Positions 37,011 through 45,579 of a stretch of DNA of 64,000 nt are shown one piece after another; the first letter of the stretch is position 1, and each line of letters starts with the position of its first letter. The notes under the pieces were generated by a model that saw only the letters and a list, made by a program, of their open reading frames with translations, had not been told where the DNA came from and searched no databases. The DNA is taken from NCBI GenBank assembly GCA_965215505.1, contig OZ244065.1, forward strand, positions 4,000,001 to 4,064,000, read 5' to 3'. The translations under genes were made by a program, and so were the position numbers. The stretch comes from Capsulimonadaceae bacterium. GTDB lineage: Bacteria > Armatimonadota > Armatimonadia > Armatimonadales > Capsulimonadaceae.

Positions 37011-39278
37011 CTACGGTGCAGGCGGCGTCACAACCTTCAGGTCCATCGGCGGCGTTGCTCCGAAGGAGACACGGGCGGAAGGTGTCCAGCGGCCAACCAA
37101 GCCCAGCAGCACCGACGCTGCCGGTGAGTTTTGGAGGGCCTGGGGCAGAGTGGGCGTCAGGGAGGCTGCTCCCGCCAACTGCGCTTCGTTGAGCGCATCG
37201 GCAGGAAGACGTCCCCCCAGCAGCGCCGTCCGCCCCGCATCGTCCAAACTCCCGTACAGGTGAACCGTGTGTGAAAAACCTTTCAACAGATCGGTCGCCA
37301 GCCCAAAAGGGGCCTGCCGCGTCGCCGCCGTAAAGGGGTTAAATCCGGGGGGCATCGCCTCCCCCAGCGGTAGGGGACGGTGCTTCAACGGCTCAAACAG
37401 CCTGGATGCCGAAGCGTCATTCTGGGCCATGAGGTCTTTCTCCTCCGGCTGGAACAGCGTCAGACCGTTGTATATCTGCCAGGGCGTCAGCGTAGAGGAC
37501 ACCTCCGCCGCCCAGTCCCATGTCTGCTTGATTGCCCCTGCCCGCTCCTCCGGCGTCTGCACCACAAGAGGAGTGGCCGCCTGCGCTGCCGCCTCCTGCT
37601 GCCGGGACTGGAGCAGCATCGCGAACCAGCGGCGCAGCAAGGGCTGCGGCGCTTCCAGATCGTCGTCCCGATACCAGCGGTTGCTGCGGATCAAGACCAG
37701 GCCGTCGGCATTGCGCCTCCAGCTGATGTCACGTTTAGCGGCCATCTCGTCCAGCTCAGTCGCCAGGGGACGGCGCAGCGGCTGCTTTCTTTGCTCCGGG
37801 GGCATGGAGTAGCCGCCCTTCGAGTAGTAGTCACAGACATATTCTATGCCGCTGCGCTCTCCCAACCAGTCGGTCTGCGCCGCGCGGCTGACGACGATCA
37901 GCGGCATTTCGCCGTTATCGCGCGGCAGCTTAGGCAGCGTGTTGGGCCAGATACGCCCGCGCTGGTAGTCGGCCAGCTGCTTCCAGGCCGGGGGCGCGGC
38001 GTCCCCCATGCCGTACACCTGATAAACCTGCATCTGCAAGAAAGGCGGCAGAGAGGTGCCTGTCTGACGCAATTCGGCGATCTGGCGCTTCCAGGAAGGC
38101 GGCATGTCAGCCCCGCCGTAGACGACTTGCGCCAGCCCCTTTTGGTCCGCCAGCAGGGGCATCGTGTTCACGGTGGGAGGAATACTTAGGTCTAACGTAC
38201 TGCTGGAGGGCGGCCCGTTGAAGGGCGTGGCCGCCACCCAAACTCCCCAATTCTGGAACAGGAAGTAGACCTTGCTGGAATCCAGCGCCGTCAGGCCGCT
38301 TTGCGCCTGTTGAGCATACTTCTGGAAGGCAGGAGGTGCCCCGGCCAGATGGTTGGTGATGTTGTCCTGCATCGCCGCCTTGAACTTTTCCTGCGTCTCC
38401 GGCGGCATCTGTGACAACCAGCCGATTGTGCCGAAGCGCTCCCCAGTGTTACTGAATCTCACATTTTCGATCTCATAAAAGGCGCTGTCGTCCAGGGTAG
38501 CGACGATCTGCTCTTTGAGCGCCTGGGGCAGCGTGGTAAAGAAGTCGTGCTGGTTCGCCTCCTCCTCTTCAATGGCATGGTCGGATGGCTCCGGCTCCGG
38601 GTCGTTTGCCTGGCGTCGTCGGGCTTTGGTCTGCATGGCCGAAAGCATCGCCTGACGCTGCAAGGCCAGCGCCTTGTCGCGCTCGCCCAGGAATAGCCGC
38701 CACCACTCGGCGCGGGCAACGGCGGCTTTGTCCGTCAAGGACAGGTTGTAGCCGTCGTCCGTCTTGGTCCACTTGCCCGGCAGCAGGTCGGACAAGGCTT
38801 GCATCAGCACCCGCAGAGGACGCTGGTTCAGGCGGATTTGCAGCTTCAGGTCAGCCGTGTTGTGGGAGGCAGTCAGAAGAATCTTGTCCGAGTTTGTCTT
38901 TTCGGCGGCACTGGGCTTGGTGTCTGCGCTTGGCTTGGCATCAGTAGTGGGCTTGGTGTCTGCACTTGGCTTGGCGTCTTTGCTTTTCTCTGTGGCCGGT
39001 TTGATGCTGACCTGTTGCAGCACTTCGTCCAGGGGGACACTGATCACGTCTAGAGAGATGAAGCGGTCTAGACGCTTGTCGTCAGCGAGCATCTGTTTCT
39101 GGCGGAGGGCTTCTTGGGGACTAAGGCCAAGTGATGCTGCGGAAGCCGGAGGCGAGGCGGCAGGCTTGGGAGCGGCGGATTTCTGGGCGAGGCTGGGGGC
39201 GGGCAAAGCGGCCGGCAGGAGAAACAAGGCCGCCGTCAAGCAGCGGCGAACAGCGCTGGGAAGCGACGCATTGTTCAT
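37011..39278 (-). CDS. large secreted hypothetical protein with STN-like N-terminal domain
   Basis: signal peptide, GGAGG RBS, ISLD..VPLDEVLQQVS..PLRVLMQALSDL; KPSADT repeats. Confidence 0.65.
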   Translation of the reverse strand: MNNASLPSAVRRCLTAALFLLPAALPAPSLAQKSAAPKPAASPPASAASLGLSPQEALRQKQMLADDKRLDRFISLDVISVPLDEVLQQVSIKPATEKSKDAKPSADTKPTTDAKPSADTKPSAAEKTNSDKILLTASHNTADLKLQIRLNQRPLRVLMQALSDLLPGKWTKTDDGYNLSLTDKAAVARAEWWRLFLGERDKALALQRQAMLSAMQTKARRRQANDPEPEPSDHAIEEEEANQHDFFTTLPQALKEQIVATLDDSAFYEIENVRFSNTGERFGTIGWLSQMPPETQEKFKAAMQDNITNHLAGAPPAFQKYAQQAQSGLTALDSSKVYFLFQNWGVWVAATPFNGPPSSSTLDLSIPPTVNTMPLLADQKGLAQVVYGGADMPPSWKRQIAELRQTGTSLPPFLQMQVYQVYGMGDAAPPAWKQLADYQRGRIWPNTLPKLPRDNGEMPLIVVSRAAQTDWLGERSGIEYVCDYYSKGGYSMPPEQRKQPLRRPLATELDEMAAKRDISWRRNADGLVLIRSNRWYRDDDLEAPQPLLRRWFAMLLQSRQQEAAAQAATPLVVQTPEERAGAIKQTWDWAAEVSSTLTPWQIYNGLTLFQPEEKDLMAQNDASASRLFEPLKHRPLPLGEAMPPGFNPFTAATRQAPFGLATDLLKGFSHTVHLYGSLDDAGRTALLGGRLPADALNEAQLAGAASLTPTLPQALQNSPAASVLLGLVGRWTPSARVSFGATPPMDLKVVTPPAP

Positions 39279-39376
39279 TGGAAACCTCCTGATAGGGGGA
39301 AGCAGAACCGGAAGCAAGAAATTACCGCCGCACAAGAAATACCTGTGCGGCGTCACCATGGCCCGACACATCTTGC

Positions 39377-39796
39377 CTATTGCAAGTTTATAAAAGGGCC
39401 GCCCCCGCCAGTAGACACACTCCAGGGTCTATAGTTAGGGCCATAGCCGCTGCAAATGCACCAGCAGTTGTATGTGCCGGAAGGAAGGTAGGTGATGTAC
39501 CCATAGGCGCTGGAGGTGCCCGGCCCCGCATAGTTGACGTATATGGTTGGCGAATAGCCATTGACGCCATTGTCAGCAAGCTGCTGCGCGTGGAACACTG
39601 CTTGATACCATGTGCTGCCAGCAGACTCTACGGTACACTGAACCGTCTCATTGATGCGGCCACTGCCAGGGCCGGCGCTTCCGTAGGAAGTCAAAATAGC
39701 CGAAGCGGCGTGCGTGGGAGCGCAGAAGGGGATCGCGGCGATAGCCGCAAGGAGCGGAACAAGGGTCCGCTTGAACAGAGAACACCGAAGTTTCAT
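39377..39796 (-). CDS. small secreted hypothetical protein
   Basis: AAGGAG RBS, signal peptide ending THA; Gly/Tyr-rich with several Cys. Confidence 0.7.
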   Translation of the reverse strand: MKLRCSLFKRTLVPLLAAIAAIPFCAPTHAASAILTSYGSAGPGSGRINETVQCTVESAGSTWYQAVFHAQQLADNGVNGYSPTIYVNYAGPGTSSAYGYITYLPSGTYNCWCICSGYGPNYRPWSVSTGGGGPFINLQ

Positions 39797-39825
39797 GTGA
39801 ACGTCTCCTTTGCATCAGAAATGCA

Positions 39826-39884
39826 TCAGGAGTGGAAACGTCTCCGGTGTCAGGAGTGGAAACGTCTCCGGTGTCAGGAGTGGA
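39826..39884. repeat. 24-bp tandem repeat x2.5 (TCAGGAGTGGAAACGTCTCCGGTG)
   Basis: direct copies upstream of the 39796 gene. Confidence 0.85.
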
Positions 39885-39964
39885 GCGGGGTCTCAGCCGC
39901 TCCGGGGCAGGAATGTGGCTCTTGCGGCCTGTCTCTCAGGCTGCGCCTGTGCGGGCAATCCTAA

Positions 39965-40925
39965 GAGTATGTTGAAAAAGTCTTGGTCGTTCAAGTACAC
40001 TGTAGTTATGGAACGCCGAGCCTATTCTACCGACCTGACCGACGACCAGTGGCAGAAGCTACAAGAGTGCCTGCCCAAAGCCCGCAACGGGCGCACGGGC
40101 CGACGCCGCAAGCACCCGCTGCGCGAAGTCGTCAACGGCCTGTTCTACCAACTGCGGACGGGCTGCCCCTGGCGCGATCTGCCCCACGATCTGCCGCCCT
40201 GGGCCACGGTCTATGACCAGTTCCGCAGATGGCGCGACGACGGCACCATCGAGTGCCTGCACGACAACCTGCGCGACCAGGCCCGCAAGCAGCAGGGCCG
40301 CGAGGCCAGCCCGTCCGCCGCCGTCCTGGACAGCCAGACGGTCAAGGCGGGCGAAAAAGGGGGCCGCCTGGCACCCTCGGCTATGATGCCAACAAGAAGA
40401 TCAAGGGCCGCAGGCGGCACCTGATGGTGGACACGCAGGGCTTCCTGCTGGCCGTCTCCGTCCAGGCGGGCGATGTGCAGGACCGTGACGGGGCCAAAGA
40501 AGTGCTCTCCTACTGCAAGGGCACCTACCCGCGCCTGTCTGTGGTGTGGGCGGACGCCGCCTACGGGGGCGAGTTGGTGGACTGGGTCGCCTCCTGCTAC
40601 GGCTGGACGCTGGAGATCGTCCTACGGCTGGACGCTGGAGATCGTCCTACGGCTGGACGCTGGAGATCGTCCTACGGCTGGACGCTGGAGATCGTCAGGA
40701 AGTCCGAAGACCAAAAGGACGTCAAGGGCTTCGCGGTTCAGCCGCACCGCTGGATCGTGGAGCGCACGTTCGCGTGGCTGTGCAAGTACCGCCGCCTGGT
40801 GCGCGACTACGAGTTCCTGACCGAGAGCAGCGAGGCGATGATCCGCCTGGCGATGTGTCACCTGATGGTCCGTAGGCTCAAACCCAAGCCCAGAAAGGCA
40901 TGACGCAGACTTTCTCAACGTACTC
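39965..40925 (+). mobile_element. IS5-family element (IS1031/IS427-like)
   Basis: 18-bp TIRs GAGTATGTTGAAAAAGTC / GACTTTCTCAACGTACTC (16/18), TAA target duplication. Confidence 0.92.
40008..40903 (+). CDS. IS5 transposase, two ORFs joined by probable -1 frameshift at AAAAAGGGGG (~40354-40363)
   Basis: YSTDLTDDQW, TGCPWRDLP, DSQTVK, GYDANKKIKGRRRH, RWIVERTFAWL. Confidence 0.88.
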
Positions 40926-41086
40926 TAAGAATGCCGCTTCGCCTCTGGTCTGCTGAAGCCATTATACAGCAATGTTGCAAAAATACAATAGGGCGCAAAA
41001 ATTTTTGACGTTTATTTTTCGTGTTGCGCTGTCGGAAGGATAGGAAGCGGCAGGAAGCCTCAGCAAGACAGGGAGGACGATTAATG

Positions 41087-41189
41087 CCCGCACCGCCCCG
41101 ACGGCCAGCACGCTGGTCAGGGCCTCCACGAATTCGACGAGGGAGGCCAGGAAGGCCGCGATGATGGTCGGCCATTGCACAGTCAGCAT
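41087..41189 (-). pseudogene. 5' fragment (34 codons) of the COG4280-type gene
   Basis: colinear with 36745-36847; MLTVQWPTIIAAFLASLVEFVEALTSVLAVGAVR. Confidence 0.85.
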
Positions 41190-41198
41190 GGGATCATT

Positions 41199-42154
41199 AG
41201 ACCTCTTGCGTAAGTCGGGTATCCTGCGTGTATGTTTTACGCCGATGCCCGTTTGTTGAAGCCGCCCGTGTTCAAGCGACTGACCGGCGTCCCGCCGGAC
41301 ACGTTCCAAGCCATGAGGGCGGCCCTCGCTGAGCATCTGCCCACCGGCGGACGCCGGGCCAGGCACTGCCGGGCCAGGCACTGCCGGGCCAGGCACTGCC
41401 GGGCCAGGCACTGCCGGGCCAGGCACTGCCGGGCCAGGCACTGCCGGGCCAGGCACTGCCGGGAAGACCGGCTCCTGATGACCTTGATGTACTGGCGCGA
41501 GTACCGCACTTACGCCCATATCGCCCACACCTACGGCCTGAGCGAGTCCGCCGTCTGCCGCACCGTCCACGCCGTCGAGAACGCCCTGCTCCGCTCCGGC
41601 GCGTTCACCCTGCCCGGCAGGAAAGCCCTGACCCGGAGCGACATCCAGTTCGAGGTCGTCGTCGTGGATGCCACCGAGTGCCCGGTGGAGCGTCCGAAAA
41701 AAAGCAGAGACGCTCCTACAGCGGCAAGAAGGAGCGGCACACTCAGAAAGCGCAGGTCGTCGCGGACCCGAGGACCGGGCGCATCCTAGCCACGGCGTTC
41801 AGCGCGGGCAGGCTGCACGACTTCAAGCTGTTCCCGCGCAGCCGCGTGGCGCTCCACCGGAAGACCGCGTGCCTGGCAGACAGCGGCTATCTGGGGCTGA
41901 AGAAGCGCCACGCCAACAGCCGCCTGCCGGCCAAGAAGAGCAAACTGCACCCGCTGACGCGGGAGCAGAAGCGAGACAACCGGCAACTCTCGCGGGAACG
42001 GTTCGTGATCGAGCATATCATCCGCAGCGTCAAGATCTTCCGCATCCTGGCGGAGCGCTACCGTAACCGGCGCAAGCGCTTTGGCCTGCGCTTCAACCTG
42101 ATTGCCGCCCTCTACAACCTGGGGCGGCCGACCTGAGACTTACGCAGGAGGTCT
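41199..42154 (+). mobile_element. IS5-family element (ISL2/IS702-like)
   Basis: 18-bp TIRs AGACCTCTTGCGTAAGTC / GACTTACGCAGGAGGTCT (17/18), ATT target duplication. Confidence 0.92.
41232..42136 (+). CDS. IS5/ISL2 transposase, probable -1 frameshift at A7 (41697-41703)
   Basis: FKRLTGV, LMYWREYRTY, DATECPVERPKK, YSGKKERHT.K, ADSGYLG, RFVIEH. Confidence 0.88.
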
Positions 42155-42171
42155 ATTGTACCCCGATGGAT

Positions 42172-42314
42172 GCCACGGGGCTGAACCCCCGTACTTCGGG
42201 AGAGCAAATCCCCGCCTGCGCGGGCATGGGAGAGAACGGAATCGGAAAATCTGGAAATCTTCGCCCTTACCCTCGGGGGCTTGCACTTCTAAAGCACGGG
42301 GGTTCAGCCCCGTG
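42172..42314. repeat. REPIN/MITE, TGAA-loop family (copy 2)
   Basis: same ends and interior (TCTTCGCCCTTACCCTCGGGGGCTTGCACTTCTA) as 30384-30510. Confidence 0.85.
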
Positions 42315-42322
42315 AAGGCCAT

Positions 42323-42754
42323 TCAGGCGGGGCTGAAGTCGTAGCGGTACTCCGACACGCGCCAGCCGCCTGGCGTCCTTGCCATGACGACCCGGATAGG
42401 CCCGCCGCCTCTCTGATAGGCATTGTCACAGGAAAGGCTAACGCGCGTCAAATCTTGGCTGGGGTGATACTCGTCCACGGCGGGCTTTCCGACCGCCCTG
42501 CCGTGCTTCTTCTCGATCTCTTCCTCGGCCTTCCGCATGGCGCTGAGAGTGACGGCCTCCTGCTGCGAGGCGTCCAGCAGCGCGTGTGCGCCCGCGTAGT
42601 CGTGCCCGTCCAGAGCGGACAAAAAGCGGGTGGCAGTCGCCGCCGCCTCGTCTCTGGCGTGAAACCGCAGTTGTAGAGGGATGGCTGTAGAGGCCATTAC
42701 TAACACGACCAGCAGGGCCGACCCGGCGATGACCCACCTCCACGGCTTTTTCAT
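42323..42754 (-). CDS. membrane-anchored NTF2-like hypothetical protein
   Basis: N-terminal TM, FLSAL..DYAGAHALL, C-terminal GWRV. Confidence 0.6.
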   Translation of the reverse strand: MKKPWRWVIAGSALLVVLVMASTAIPLQLRFHARDEAAATATRFLSALDGHDYAGAHALLDASQQEAVTLSAMRKAEEEIEKKHGRAVGKPAVDEYHPSQDLTRVSLSCDNAYQRGGGPIRVVMARTPGGWRVSEYRYDFSPA

Positions 42755-42770
42755 GGTGACAGGGGAGGGC

Positions 42771-43001
42771 TTACGCGGCCTGCCTTTGCATGGCTTCCCG
42801 ACTCTCGGCAAGGGAGCGCGACATGGCTAGGTGGTCGAAACCGTCCGTGATGCCTGAGTCATCGGGATGTGCCGCCAGCCACTCTTGGAGCATCTGCCTC
42901 GTTTGGGTGACCTCCGCCAGCGTCTTCGCTGACAGTATCATGCTGATGAGCCGTTCTCTCCGTTGCTCATCGGTTTCACCTTCCCCGCCACCTGATTGCA
43001 T
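42771..43001 (-). CDS. small hypothetical protein
   Basis: helical charged ORF containing WLAAHPDD. Confidence 0.5.
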   Translation of the reverse strand: MQSGGGEGETDEQRRERLISMILSAKTLAEVTQTRQMLQEWLAAHPDDSGITDGFDHLAMSRSLAESREAMQRQAA

Positions 43002-43087
43002 GACGACACTATACCAGATGTCGGGATGAGCGTCAACTTCCTTCGGCGTGGGCAAGGGCAGATACGGAAGATCAAGATGGGGAAGGA

Positions 43088-43155
43088 GGGCGGGGACAAG
43101 CCCCGCCCCTACGCGGATGGCCCTCGGAACGTAGGGGTAGGGCTTGTCCCTACCC
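43088..43155. repeat. GTAG-type REP doublet
   Basis: GGGACAAGCCCCGCCCCTAC...GTAGGGGTAGGGCTTGTCCC. Confidence 0.8.
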
Positions 43156-43196
43156 TCCTTCCCAAGTTTCCTTTCGCGTCCCCTTCTCCCTGCCCC

Positions 43197-43973
43197 CTAG
43201 ATCGTCGGCATGACGTTGCCGCCGCAGACGGGGACGTAGACGCCGGTGACGTAACTCGCGAGGTCCGAGGCCAGGAAGGCGACGACGTTTGCGATCTCCT
43301 GGTCGGTCCCGCGCCGCCCCAGGGGCACGGATTTGGAGTAGCCCTCGTTTACTTCCGTGCCCGCCGCCCGGTCCCGGTCGCTGATGGTCCAGCCGGGCGC
43401 GACCTGGTTGACCGTGATGCCGTGCGCGCCGACCTCCTTGGCGAGCACGCGCAGGACGCCGTCCATGCCGCGCTTGCCGGAGACGTAGGCGGACTGCGAG
43501 GCGAAGACCTGCATGGCGCATTCGGTGTTGATGCCGATGACGCGCCCGCCCTTCCCGCCCGCAATCATGCCCGGCACGAAGGCCTGGGCCATCAGGACGT
43601 TGTGCAGGACGCAGGACCGGAACTGGCCTTCATAGTCCTCCGGGGCCTGCTCCAGAACCGAGGTCCAGCCGTACTGGATGACGGCATTGTTGACGATGAT
43701 GTCCGCCGCGCCCAGTCCCGCCGTCACGGCGTCGCGCATCGCCAAAACGGCGTCTTTGTCGGTGACGTCCGCCTGGACGGCGAGGGCGCGGCGGCCCATC
43801 GCCTCGATCTCGGCGCAGAGCTGCGCGGCCATGTCCGCGCTCTTCAGATAGTTGACCGCGACGTCCGCGCCGCACTGGGCGAGCGTCCGCGCCATGACGC
43901 GGCCGAGCTGGCCGGTCGCCCCGGTCACGACGGCGACGTGACCGGTTAGGTCTAAGGTGAGGGGGGGTGTCAT
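43197..43973 (-). CDS. SDR family oxidoreductase
   Basis: TGATGQLG, VNNA, YVSGK, VAPGW. Confidence 0.92.
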   Translation of the reverse strand: MTPPLTLDLTGHVAVVTGATGQLGRVMARTLAQCGADVAVNYLKSADMAAQLCAEIEAMGRRALAVQADVTDKDAVLAMRDAVTAGLGAADIIVNNAVIQYGWTSVLEQAPEDYEGQFRSCVLHNVLMAQAFVPGMIAGGKGGRVIGINTECAMQVFASQSAYVSGKRGMDGVLRVLAKEVGAHGITVNQVAPGWTISDRDRAAGTEVNEGYSKSVPLGRRGTDQEIANVVAFLASDLASYVTGVYVPVCGGNVMPTI

Positions 43974-45463
43974 CGGGCGGAGTCCTTTCGTATCGGGAGT
44001 GAGCGCAGTGTCACCAGGTCAAGCGGCCCGATGGCGGGGACGAGGACGACGCCGTCATGCATGACGACGGCTCCTGCTGGCGCGTCGTTCACGCCACTGC
44101 CGCTGCGTCGGACGGCGAACTTTAACACTTCCACGCGGGCGAGTTCCGGGACGCGCACCGCTACGGCGAACGTCCGGGCGGCGTGGCCGCCGTTGTGGAC
44201 GGCGAAGTCCTTCTCGTCGCCTACGTCCGTGAAAGTGGAGGCGGTGAAATTAGACAGTCCGATGCCCCAGGTCCCGTCCGGGTTGCGGGCCGCCGCCGCC
44301 GTCAGCCTGGGCTTCTTGCCGTAGGTGTAGGTCATGTCGCCGTCCACGTCGCTCCGGCTGGCCCGAAAGACCGCGCCCACGTCGAACGCCTCCGACAACT
44401 GCTTGTAGTAGTAATACTTCTGGAATGTGGTGATCACGAACGGCGCGGGCGTATAGGCCAAAATGCGGGTCGCGTTGTCGTGCGGGTCGGGGACTTCGAA
44501 GCCGACGAAGTGTATCCAGTCCGTGACCCGGTGGTTCATGTCGCTGAGGAAGCGCGAGGCGAGCGAGGCCGCCCGCAGGCCGTCGCCCGGTGCTTCGGGG
44601 CCGTTGTCGCTGGCTTCGGTCATCCAGTACGATTTGCCGGTGCCTTCGACCCGCCGCGCCGCCTCCTCGGTCGCCGCCATGTTGTAGGAGTGCGAGGCGA
44701 TGCCGGCAAGGCCCGCCCAGGCCGACGGGTCGGCGCGCAGGGCGTCGAGCTGCGCGTACAGCGAGCCGTCGGCGCTGGCGTTCTCGGGCGCGATGATCTT
44801 CACCCGCGCCATGCCCTGCGCGTCCAGGTCCGCGCGTAGGCGCTTGACGACGCGGGCGATCTCGGCGGGGGTGAACCGCTCCCGGTCGTTCGGCTCGTTC
44901 TGCACGCCGGTGACGTCCGGCACGACGCCGGTTTCGCGCTTCAAGCGCATGAGGAAGTCCGCCAGGAGGTCGGCGTAAGGCTCCGCGTCGGCTTCCTTCA
45001 GCGCCATGCCGGTATCGGAACTGCCTTCTTTGCTCTTCTCCGCCATAAACGGTGGCAGGCCGTCGGGGGCCAGCAGGAGGGTGTTTACGCCGTTTCTGCG
45101 CGCGTCGGCGATCATCCCCGAGTCCACATAGCAGCCCCGGAACTGCGACAGGTCGTGCGCGCCCGGTGTCGGTGCATACTGGTCCGTGTTGAACCAGAGC
45201 CGCAGAGTCTTGAAGTTCAGGCCGCGCCAGAGCCGCCCCGAGAGCGTCTGCCGCTGCGCGGGCGTCAACTTCTGGTACTCATGCCCGAAGTTCAGGCCGC
45301 TCGCGCCGAAGCCCGCGAACGTCTGCCGCGCGCCGGGCTGGACGGTGATGGTGACCGGGGTGGGGACGAGCATGGGAGGCGGTGCGGCCTGCGCCCGGAC
45401 GGCGGCGAGGCAGGCGGCGAGGGCGAGCGGGCAGAAGCGGCGGCATGAGAGAGCGGGTCGCAT
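43970..45463 (-). CDS. secreted clan GH-A glycoside hydrolase (GH30-like)
   Basis: signal peptide, QTFAGFGAS, QNEP (acid/base), HSY, WMTE (nucleophile). Confidence 0.72.
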   Translation of the reverse strand: MRPALSCRRFCPLALAACLAAVRAQAAPPPMLVPTPVTITVQPGARQTFAGFGASGLNFGHEYQKLTPAQRQTLSGRLWRGLNFKTLRLWFNTDQYAPTPGAHDLSQFRGCYVDSGMIADARRNGVNTLLLAPDGLPPFMAEKSKEGSSDTGMALKEADAEPYADLLADFLMRLKRETGVVPDVTGVQNEPNDRERFTPAEIARVVKRLRADLDAQGMARVKIIAPENASADGSLYAQLDALRADPSAWAGLAGIASHSYNMAATEEAARRVEGTGKSYWMTEASDNGPEAPGDGLRAASLASRFLSDMNHRVTDWIHFVGFEVPDPHDNATRILAYTPAPFVITTFQKYYYYKQLSEAFDVGAVFRASRSDVDGDMTYTYGKKPRLTAAAARNPDGTWGIGLSNFTASTFTDVGDEKDFAVHNGGHAARTFAVAVRVPELARVEVLKFAVRRSGSGVNDAPAGAVVMHDGVVLVPAIGPLDLVTLRSLPIRKDSAR

Positions 45464-45579
45464 GGCGGGATTGTACCCGAAGCGCGGCGTGGTGGGTTCC
45501 GTGTTTCGGAAACCAGCCGTTCGGATAAAGTAAAGAGAACGCCACTTGTGCCTCACGCCAAAGGAGCGTCACCCTTCCA

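Noticed and set aside
40008-42136. both transposases as pseudogenes because they are split
   Set aside because: the splits fall at slippery A-runs typical of programmed -1 frameshifting in IS5-family elements; TIRs and target duplications are intact
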